DNA of 62,201 bases from the NCBI GenBank assembly GCA_903844685.1, contig CAIMUM010000063.1, forward strand, positions 1 to 62,201. Reading direction: 5' to 3'. Under the pieces are notes generated by a model. That model searched no databases. It worked only from the letters and a program-made list of their open reading frames with translations, and had not been told where the DNA came from. Below are positions 1 to 6,791 of this stretch, one piece after another. Made by a program: the position numbers and the translations under genes. Positions within the stretch are counted from its first letter, which is position 1, and each line of letters begins with the position of its first letter. The DNA is from an uncultured Dehalococcoidia bacterium. Lineage in GTDB: Bacteria; Chloroflexota; Dehalococcoidia; GIF9; UBA5629.

Positions 1-885
1 ATAGAAGGAACGGCTGACGGTGACCACTCTTAAATCCTGATCCAATACGATTAAAGGTTCACGCACGGTATTGATGATGCTCTCTGCGTATTCACTGACA
101 ATCAGCACCTGCTTTGCCTTTTTTTGTTCGGTTATATCATGCATAATAGCCGACACGCCATTAATATTTCCTGACTTGTCCCTGATTGACGAAAGAGTCA
201 AAGAGATATCAATTACTACCCCATCTTTTCGGACACGTTTAGTTTCATGATTTTTGATCACTTCTCCGGCCCGCAGCTTTTTTAATTGGTCAAGTATTTC
301 TTTTTTATAACCGGGAGGGGCTAAAAGAGAGATATTCTGGCCATGCATCTCTTTTTCGGTATAACCGTATATTTTTTCTGCCCCTTTATTCCAACTAACG
401 ATATCTCCCCGCAAAGTTTTCCCAATAATGCCATCAATAGATGTATTAACAATTGCTGCCAAGCCAAGATAAGATTCTTCCATACTCTTGCGCCCGGTGA
501 TATCTTCGATAGCCAGGAGAATAACTTTTAGCTTTTGCGGCGGACTAGGTATCCTCCGGGCATTTAAAAGCATGACGCGTCTGCCAATGCCAGGAAAATC
601 GTGTTCCACCTCATAGTTATCGAAGGTTGCCTTCTTGGGCAGGATATCTTCCAGCAGTCCCCGCAGCCTGGGGATATCCCACTGTTTATCTCCCAGGTCA
701 TAGATAAGTTGTCCAATGGTCGCTCTGGGTTTTACCTGAAAAACCTCATAGAAGGAGCGGCTGGCGGTGATCACCCTAAAGTCCTGATCCAGAACGATCA
801 GGGGTTCGCGCACGGTATTGACGATGCTCTCTGCGTATTCCTGGGATTTTGTCGCGGTTTTTGTCACGGTTTTTGTCCGGATCAT
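1..885 (-). CDS. PAS-domain sensor protein, N-terminal 295 codons (the 3' end lies beyond the left window edge)
   Basis: My own translation of the minus strand from ATG 885..883 stays open to nt 1. It is absent from the ORF track because there is no stop in the window. AAGGAG at 898..893 lies 7 nt upstream. Two PAS-like modules each open with EYAESI(V/I)NTVREPLIVLDQD(F/L)RV(I/V)T(A/V)SRSFY. Nt 1-100 and 750-850 are near-identical copies. Confidence 0.8.
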   Translation of the reverse strand, partial: MIRTKTVTKTATKSQEYAESIVNTVREPLIVLDQDFRVITASRSFYEVFQVKPRATIGQLIYDLGDKQWDIPRLRGLLEDILPKKATFDNYEVEHDFPGIGRRVMLLNARRIPSPPQKLKVILLAIEDITGRKSMEESYLGLAAIVNTSIDGIIGKTLRGDIVSWNKGAEKIYGYTEKEMHGQNISLLAPPGYKKEILDQLKKLRAGEVIKNHETKRVRKDGVVIDISLTLSSIRDKSGNINGVSAIMHDITEQKKAKQVLIVSEYAESIINTVREPLIVLDQDLRVVTVSRSFY

Positions 886-896
886 TTTCTATCTCC

Positions 897-1982
897 TTAC
901 GGTGCAGTGATGGTATTGGAATCCAGGGTAACCGCGGCAATACGTGCCAACGCCCTGCCGTCCAGCCTGGCGCCGGTAGTCAGCGTAATTGACTGATCAG
1001 CCATTATGGTTCCCTTGAAGCTGGAGGTGGTACCGAGAGTCGCTGAAGTCCCGACCTGCCAGAAGATGTTCCTGGCCTGTGCGCCACCGCTCAGGATAAC
1101 CTGGCGTCCGGATGTCGTGGTGAGTGTGGACGCTATCTGGAAAATGAAGACAGCATCCGCGTCGCCCCGGGCGTCGAGAGTGAGATCCCCTGACGATATA
1201 GCAAGCGAGGACGTGGATTTATACAGGCCAGGGGCGAGGGTTTGCCCGCCGATATTTCCGGCCACAGTGATGGGAGCCACTGTCCGTCCGGCGGCGTCGT
1301 TATAGGCAGTGGTCAAATCGAGTTTGGCCTGGGCCGCAATAGGATCGGCCACGTGTAACGTCCCAATCAATTTTCCAGGCGGGAATCCGGTTACCGCAGA
1401 ACCTGGACTCAACCCAAGATCCCCATTTAATATGGTAGGACCGGTGTTGGTGACCGTGGAGCCAGACAGAACAGCAAAAGTGCCGGACGATCCAAGGACT
1501 ATTGGCGCTGGACCAGCCGGAGCAGCTTTGGCCGGGATAGGAGAACTCACTGGGAGTGTGGTGATATATGAAACTTGGGTTGGGGCAGATGTCTGGATTG
1601 ACGCAGGTGCCGGCATAGATGCTGTGGTGGAGGGCGCCGGGTTAACAGTAGTCACCACTGACCTGGTAATGCTACCGTTAGAGTTGACTGCGCTTATAGT
1701 ATACACAGTGGATGCAGACGGTGATACTACCATGATCCCCGCAACATCAACCTGACCTATACCCTGGTCTATACTCACCGATGTAGCCCCGGTAACATTC
1801 CACAACAGAATTGATGGGCCACCGGAATTAATCGTCGATGGATTATTGCTAAAAGCTGCAATAACCGGAGGCGTTCCAACCGGTGGGATAGGATTTTGTG
1901 GCGGGGCTTGAGATGCAGTACAACCAGGAATGAGAATCAGTAATAATACTACTGATAAAGAAAAAATGGCGATTTTTCTCAA
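897..1982 (-). CDS. Surface lipoprotein: N-terminal Ig-like domain plus C-terminal DUF3494 ice-binding-like domain
   Basis: From ORF 897..2045. I moved the start to TTG 1982, which has GGAGG 8 nt upstream and gives MRKIAIFSLSVVLLLILIPGC (lipobox). DUF3494 hallmarks are present: FAVLSGSTVTNTGPT, GDLGLSPGSAVTGFPPG, DLTTAYNDAAGR, LGGQTLAPGLYK, AVFIFQIASTLTT, NIFWQVGTSATLGT, GRALA..AVTLDSN. Confidence 0.85.
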   Translation of the reverse strand: MRKIAIFSLSVVLLLILIPGCTASQAPPQNPIPPVGTPPVIAAFSNNPSTINSGGPSILLWNVTGATSVSIDQGIGQVDVAGIMVVSPSASTVYTISAVNSNGSITRSVVTTVNPAPSTTASMPAPASIQTSAPTQVSYITTLPVSSPIPAKAAPAGPAPIVLGSSGTFAVLSGSTVTNTGPTILNGDLGLSPGSAVTGFPPGKLIGTLHVADPIAAQAKLDLTTAYNDAAGRTVAPITVAGNIGGQTLAPGLYKSTSSLAISSGDLTLDARGDADAVFIFQIASTLTTTSGRQVILSGGAQARNIFWQVGTSATLGTTSSFKGTIMADQSITLTTGARLDGRALARIAAVTLDSNTITAP

Positions 1983-2094
1983 TGTAGCTACCTCCAAAAA
2001 TATGCTTCCTGCGACATCAACATGCCGGCAACCTCGTATTGTCAACAGTTGCCTGATACTTCTTATATACTATGTCGAATACATTAACCTTTTC

Positions 2095-2718
2095 TTAACC
2101 CTTGTGTGAACTCGCATGAGATAGAACTGTCCTGTCGTCTATCACAGCCCCAGCCGCGTTCTGCTTGACAGATTCGATGCCATTCAGCGCATTATCTTTG
2201 GTTGAATAACCCTCAGATACCGCGATGGTCTGTCCGTTTACAGCAACCAGCTTAAATCTGAATTCCCCCGCCCGATCCTTGTCTATTTCAAACCTGGCAT
2301 CCACCTTGCGCCTGCCTCTTTTTGTAATTGCTTCTTCAACTATTCCCATATATGCATCATACCCGTGGCTGGTGTAATAGCGGTCAAGCAACTCCAGGTC
2401 TTTCTCTTTCTGCCACTTTTCAATCTCCTCCACCCATTTATCCTTGTGCATGCCGGGAGCATTCTTGAGAACTTCTTCCGGCATATTAAGAATGAACTTC
2501 ATTGTCTCCGGGTGCCATTTCAAAGCGCCCCACGGTATGGCAAACCACTTATCGGTGATGCCAAGAAAGCCTCCGAATGCGACCAACGCGAATGCGATCA
2601 GACCTGCGTGCATATCCACCACAAAGGTCTGCACCTGCCCCAGATCCTGGCCCTTCTTATTGACCACTTCGTACTGCTTCAACCTGATAGTTGGCACGAA
2701 TCTTACCGATTTACTCAC
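2095..2718 (-). CDS. PRC-barrel domain protein fused to a C-terminal YegP/DUF1508 domain
   Basis: From ORF 2095..2838. The likely start is GTG 2718, preceded by AGGAGGAA. The PRC-barrel-like stretch is YEVVNKKGQDLGQVQTFVVDMHAGLIAFALV..WFAIPW. The YegP-like stretch is ARFEIDKDRAGEFRFKLVAVNGQTIAVSEGYSTKDNALNGIESVKQNA. Confidence 0.7.
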   Translation of the reverse strand: MSKSVRFVPTIRLKQYEVVNKKGQDLGQVQTFVVDMHAGLIAFALVAFGGFLGITDKWFAIPWGALKWHPETMKFILNMPEEVLKNAPGMHKDKWVEEIEKWQKEKDLELLDRYYTSHGYDAYMGIVEEAITKRGRRKVDARFEIDKDRAGEFRFKLVAVNGQTIAVSEGYSTKDNALNGIESVKQNAAGAVIDDRTVLSHASSHKG

Positions 2719-2796
2719 TGTATTCCTCCTTACTTTACTTTGTAATCTGCTCACTGGTTGTGGAACTGAATACCTTAAATGCCCGATTAAATTTAC

Positions 2797-2837
2797 TGCT
2801 GCCATTGGAGACGAATCTGTGGCCCCCAATGGCAGCA
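2797..2837 (-). terminator. Possible hairpin terminator downstream of the 2876..3853 gene
   Basis: A 12-bp inverted repeat, tgctgccattgg / ccaatggcagca, with a 17-nt loop. The U-tract is weak. Confidence 0.35.
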
Positions 2838-2875
2838 AATTTAATTTCTTCTACTCAGGTGTGGAAATATGTCTT

Positions 2876-3853
2876 CTATTTAGACTGGGTATCACACCTC
2901 AGGGCATAGTCGATTTTGCTCGAGACCCCATCGTCTGGAGTGAGAATATGGAGGAGTTGCCATCCATAGCCTTCGCCCTGTGTCAACAGGTTAGTAACGG
3001 TCTGCGTACCGGCGGCAGTAAAGACGACGCTCCCCGGAACAGCAGTGCCATCACTTCTCTCCCACCTGTAAGTAACTGTACCAGGACCATTGGCGATGAT
3101 AGTTCCCCAAAAGTGAATGGTCTTGGGACAAGGGCCGATGACCGGGTACTGATCAACACCCACCATGACGCCTGTCACCATTTTCCCAGTACCACAGTTG
3201 AGTTCGTAATATACCGGATTCGATGCTGCATCATAGGGAGACAAGATGCGGACCCGATGCAGGCCTGAAGATGTCCCAATCAAATCCCATTGCAATGTTG
3301 TCGTTTTTGTGCCGGCTTCGGTAAAGGTGAGGGTTTGGGGGTCACTATTTTCACTATTTTCGCCATTGTATGATTCCCACCTGTAAGTAACTGTGCCGGG
3401 GCCGTTGGCGGTGATAGTAGCGTAAAAAGTGAAGGTTTTGGGACACGCACCGGTGAAATTTGCCGGAGTCGTATTGGCTATAACACTGGTTACCGCGAAC
3501 GGCATAGCCGCGGCCGGTGGCGCCGGATTAACGGTAGCCACCGCTGACCTGGTAACGGTACCGGCGGAGTTGGTAGCGGTTAGAGTATAAACAGTGGATG
3601 TAACCGGTGAGACCACCTTGGTCCCCTGAACATCAACCTTGCCTATACCCTGGTCGATACTCACCGATGTGGCGCCGTCCACAACCCATGACAGAGTTGA
3701 CGTGCCACCGGCACTAATCGTTATGGGATCATTGCTAAAGGTCCCGATAACCGGTGGGGTAGCCACTGCTGGCGGAGTTTTAGGTGCAGCACAACCCGCG
3801 ATGAGAATCATCAATAATAATATTGATAAAGAAAGAAAAATGAATCTTTTCAA
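2876..3853 (-). CDS. Surface lipoprotein: Ig-like domain paralogous to that of 897..1982, plus two internal ~100-aa repeats
   Basis: Opens with MKRFIFLSLSILLLMILIAGC (lipobox). The segment PPVIGTFSNDPITISAGGTSTLSWVVDGATSVSIDQGIGKVDV..TVYTLTATNSAGTVTRS is ~60% identical to the N-domain of the 897..1982 product. Two repeats are marked by ANGPGTVTYRWE. Confidence 0.75.
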   Translation of the reverse strand: MKRFIFLSLSILLLMILIAGCAAPKTPPAVATPPVIGTFSNDPITISAGGTSTLSWVVDGATSVSIDQGIGKVDVQGTKVVSPVTSTVYTLTATNSAGTVTRSAVATVNPAPPAAAMPFAVTSVIANTTPANFTGACPKTFTFYATITANGPGTVTYRWESYNGENSENSDPQTLTFTEAGTKTTTLQWDLIGTSSGLHRVRILSPYDAASNPVYYELNCGTGKMVTGVMVGVDQYPVIGPCPKTIHFWGTIIANGPGTVTYRWERSDGTAVPGSVVFTAAGTQTVTNLLTQGEGYGWQLLHILTPDDGVSSKIDYALRCDTQSK

Positions 3854-4084
3854 CGAACTTACCTCCGAAAATTTATTGCCTGCGACTTCGACACGTCATT
3901 AACCTTATATTGTTAAAAGATGCTTCTAACTTCTTATGTGTTACTTTCGATATTCTACCCTCGTTATAAACCTTTTCTTATTGATTGCCGCCTGTTATTG
4001 AGACGTGTCAGTCACAAATAGCAATTAATAAAATCTTAGCAGTGGAGATATGGATTAGTAATATAATAACCAGGCAGAAAGTTA

Positions 4085-4195
4085 AATAGTTATGACATTT
4101 TGACCGGGAAGCAGGCCCCGGGCAATCTCACAGGGTATTACAACGGCAGGTACTTACATTCCGCGCCCGGATATAAAACGCCAATCAAATTCTAA
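4085..4195 (+). mobile_element. Remnant of the C-terminal tail of an rve/DDE (IS3/IS481-like) transposase
   Basis: The frame reads ..DILTGKQAPGNLTGYYNGRYLHSAPGYKTPIKF*. This resembles the conserved YN..R.HSALGYKTP transposase tail. No upstream catalytic region is present. A 47-nt exact repeat of it occurs at 6614-6660. Confidence 0.6.
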
Positions 4196-4280
4196 TTAGG
4201 ACTATAATAACAGCCGGAATACTCTCATAGTGGTGGATTGACTTGGGGTGACGCAATTCGAGAGTTGAAAATTTTTACTA

Positions 4281-4309
4281 TTGACACGCAATGCAACTCA
4301 TAGTATAGT
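4281..4309 (+). promoter_or_regulatory. Sigma70-like promoter for the 4352 gene
   Basis: TTGACA (4281-4286), a 17-nt spacer, then TATAGT (4304-4309). Confidence 0.5.
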
Positions 4310-4351
4310 ACCACTAATTAAACTGTGCCTTTGAGGAGGAGTTATATTAAT

Positions 4352-6394
4352 ATGAAGGATATTTTTAGTTCAATATGGAGAGTAGCTTTCACCCTGGTGC
4401 TGGTATTGAGCATGGGGTTGACATCGCTTCTTTCCGTCACTTCCCCGGCGTTGGCTGCGACCGTGCCACCGCTGGGAACAGCGGGAAATTATGCGGTCCT
4501 GGCCGGCACGACGATTACCAATACCGGCACTACTGCCATCGTTGGAGGGGACGTGGGTGTTGCCCCCCTTTCAGCGATCACCGGCTTTCCCCCGGGTACA
4601 GTGTTACTCCCAAATATAAAACACCCAGGAAATGATGCACCCACGCAACAGGCTAAGATTGATCTTATTACCGCGTACAATGATGCAGCAGGCCAGGGAC
4701 CCGCTACCACCTTGACAGGTGACCTGGGTGGCCAGGTGCTAACGGCAGGCGTCTATACTTATCCATCGTCGGCCGGGTTGACAGGAACACTCACTCTCAC
4801 TGGTAGCGCAACTGATATCTGGATTTTCCAGATAGGGAGCACTTTGACGACCGCCACCGACTCGCGTGTTGTTTTTACCGGCGGTGGTCTACCTTGCAAC
4901 GTATTCTGGCAGGTCGGGACTTCAGCGACTTTTGGTACCAACAGTGATATCTCAGGAAATGTCCTCGCTCTCGTAAGCATCACCATGAATACCGGCGCAA
5001 AATTGGCTGGTAGAGCCCTGGCGCGAAATGGCGCTGTGACTCTGGATACCAACGCCATCACCGTTTGCGCCACCTGCAAACCGATCACGATTGCTTCAGC
5101 ACCGGATCCCCTTCCGGCAGGGACAATCCTTGTAGCCTATGGGCCTGTGACCTTTACGGCCAGCGGTGGAACAGCACCGTATGTGTACAGCGTGCCGCCC
5201 GCGGACTTGCCCCCGGGGTTGACGCTCATCGGCAACACGCTCTCGGGTACGCCGACGGCAACGGGTACTTTCACTTTTAAAGTCACGGCAACTGACTCCA
5301 GCACTCCCAACTGTTTAGGGACTCATATTTACACGATCGTCATCAATCCGGCTGGTTGTCCAACGATCACTATTGCTCCACCGCCTCCCCTTTCTGCAGG
5401 GGCACTCAACATAGCCTATAAGCCTGTGCCCTTTACGGCCAGCAATGGAACGGGCCCTTATACCTATGCAATAACTGCGGGGGCGCAGCCCACGGGGTTG
5501 ACGCTCACCGGCGGCGTGCTATCGGGTACGCCGACAGCAACGGGTGTTTTCACCTTTACAGTCACGGCAACGGACACTGTCGGACCCCCTATCGGTTGTT
5601 CAGGGGCCCAGATTTACGTGATCGTCATCAATGCCGCTCCTTGTCCACCCATCACTATCCCACCAACAAGCATTCCAACATCGATAATAATAGGCACAGT
5701 CACTAACCTTTCCCTGACGGCCAGCGGTGGACAAATGCCGTATATATTCTTGGTGACCTCAGGGTCGCTCCCTCCCGGGTTGACTCTGTCCAGAGGCGGC
5801 ACACTCTCAGGTATGCCGACAGTAGCCGGCAGTTACACTTTTACAGTCCAAGCAACTGACGCCAACGGCTGTTTTGGAGCGAGGGTGTTCCAGATCAGTA
5901 TCGCTCAGGTGCAGCAGCCGCAGCCGATAGGCACGACACCTCACGGATCTTCGATGCCTTCTCCGTCAGGTGGAAGCATACCACCACCTACTCCCCCCGT
6001 GGCGCTGTCGAACTTCGCTGTTACCAGCGCATGCGTTGAAAAACAGGGCAATTCCGACAAGATTACACTCTGCCTGAAAAACACAACTTCTAATCGCCAG
6101 ACAATTGTCGCTACGCTGCTGGCAAACAATGCCTCCGTCGGCCAAAAATCATTTGATCTACCGCCAAATGCCGGACTTTGTGACTCATGGGTAGTACCTT
6201 CACAAGGAACAACATACTACAGAGTCAATGTCGGGGGTGTTGTAGAGCAGGATGTAGCAGTTTGCCCTGGAGGTTCGGCCGGTAATACCACGTCTTCTTC
6301 TGACTGGTTGCTCTGGGTTGTGATTGCAGTGATCGTCATAGCCGTCATCGGGCTGCTGGTATACTACCTCATGAGCAGGCGTTCAAAAGCTTAG
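4352..6394 (+). CDS. Cell-surface protein: signal peptide, N-terminal DUF3494 ice-binding-like domain, three He_PIG-type Ig repeats, Pro-rich linker, CARDB-like domain, C-terminal TM anchor
   Basis: From ORF 4325..6394. I set the start at ATG 4352, after GAGGAGGAG. DUF3494 motifs: YAVLAGTTITNTGTT, GDVGVAPLSAITGFPPG, DLITAYNDAAG, IWIFQIGSTLTT, NVFWQVGTSATFGT, GRALARNGAVTLDTN. There are three repeats of LP/LSAG..Y.PV.FTASGG..PY.Y....LPPGLTL....LSGTPTATG.FTF.V.ATD. The tail is WLLWVVIAVIVIAVIGLLVYYLMSRRSKA. Confidence 0.85.
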   Translation: MKDIFSSIWRVAFTLVLVLSMGLTSLLSVTSPALAATVPPLGTAGNYAVLAGTTITNTGTTAIVGGDVGVAPLSAITGFPPGTVLLPNIKHPGNDAPTQQAKIDLITAYNDAAGQGPATTLTGDLGGQVLTAGVYTYPSSAGLTGTLTLTGSATDIWIFQIGSTLTTATDSRVVFTGGGLPCNVFWQVGTSATFGTNSDISGNVLALVSITMNTGAKLAGRALARNGAVTLDTNAITVCATCKPITIASAPDPLPAGTILVAYGPVTFTASGGTAPYVYSVPPADLPPGLTLIGNTLSGTPTATGTFTFKVTATDSSTPNCLGTHIYTIVINPAGCPTITIAPPPPLSAGALNIAYKPVPFTASNGTGPYTYAITAGAQPTGLTLTGGVLSGTPTATGVFTFTVTATDTVGPPIGCSGAQIYVIVINAAPCPPITIPPTSIPTSIIIGTVTNLSLTASGGQMPYIFLVTSGSLPPGLTLSRGGTLSGMPTVAGSYTFTVQATDANGCFGARVFQISIAQVQQPQPIGTTPHGSSMPSPSGGSIPPPTPPVALSNFAVTSACVEKQGNSDKITLCLKNTTSNRQTIVATLLANNASVGQKSFDLPPNAGLCDSWVVPSQGTTYYRVNVGGVVEQDVAVCPGGSAGNTTSSSDWLLWVVIAVIVIAVIGLLVYYLMSRRSKA

Positions 6395-6427
6395 CAAATT
6401 ATACCCTCCGCAACGCATAATCTTAAA

Positions 6428-6463
6428 GGGGGCACATCACGTGATGTGCCCCCTCCTGTTTTC
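6428..6463 (+). terminator. Rho-independent terminator
   Basis: A perfect 13-bp stem, gggggcacatcac/gtgatgtgccccc, followed by tcctgttttc. Confidence 0.7.
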
Positions 6464-6530
6464 AACAATCTTTTTATTTCTATAAGTATATAAGCTTAAG
6501 GTAAGATATTGAAGCGGTACCAATACCGCG

Positions 6531-6604
6531 CTTCAGACCTTCTTAAAATCGATAAAGCCTTCCTCCACACCGGTGCAGACCAACTGCACTTTCAACCGGG
6601 CGGC
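6531..6604 (-). repeat. Diverged duplicate (~88% identity) of the last ~74 nt of the RNase II-family gene (compare 9010-9083)
   Basis: Alignment by eye of cttcagaccttcttaaaatcgataaagccttcctccacaccggtgcagaccaactgcactttcaaccgggcggc against 9010-9083. The minus-strand translation, ..RLKVQLVCTGVEEGFIDFKKV*, mirrors the rnr C-terminus ..RLKVQLVRTDVEKGFIDFKKA*. Confidence 0.8.
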
Positions 6605-6706
6605 TACATGGCGTATTACAACGGCAGGTACTTACATTCCGCGCCCGGATATAAAACGCCCATCATATTCGAAAATGACCACGAGAGTAGCCGCAATTCT
6701 AATTAG
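6605..6706 (+). mobile_element. Second remnant of the same transposase C-terminal tail
   Basis: Reads GYMAYYNGRYLHSAPGYKTPIIFENDHESSRNSN*. It shares tattacaacggcaggtacttacattccgcgcccggatataaaacgcc exactly with 4136-4182, and also the aattctaattagg end. Confidence 0.6.
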
Positions 6707-6791
6707 GTATTGACAGGAGATGGTACAGTATGCAACAATATGCATAACTGATTAGACTAGGTCTATTGTAAGTGAATTCAGGAGGTTTCAA

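Noticed and set aside
1006-1755. Plus-strand ORFs 1006..1305 and 1309..1755, and similar ones at 4489..5088, 7190..7933 and 8165..8897, antisense to or out of frame with the DUF3494 genes
   Set aside because: They lie fully inside long ORFs that have clear family motifs, RBSs and signal peptides. Their translations are low-complexity Pro/Ala/Val/Gly shadows typical of the opposite strand of Thr/Gly/Ala-rich repeats.
4086-4103. A fourth copy of the AAATGTCATAA motif (minus strand)
   Set aside because: It lies inside the reading frame of the transposase-tail remnant (..YDILTGK..), so it probably derives from the IS and is not a host regulatory site. I excluded it from the motif set.
6509-6706. 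65-aa ORF MKRYQYRASDLLKIDKAFLHTGADQLHFQPGGYMAYYNGRYLHSAPGYKTP...
   Set aside because: It is a chimeric reading frame. Its first half is the antisense of the duplicated rnr 3' fragment and its second half is the transposase tail remnant. It has no RBS, so I treat it as scars rather than a gene.
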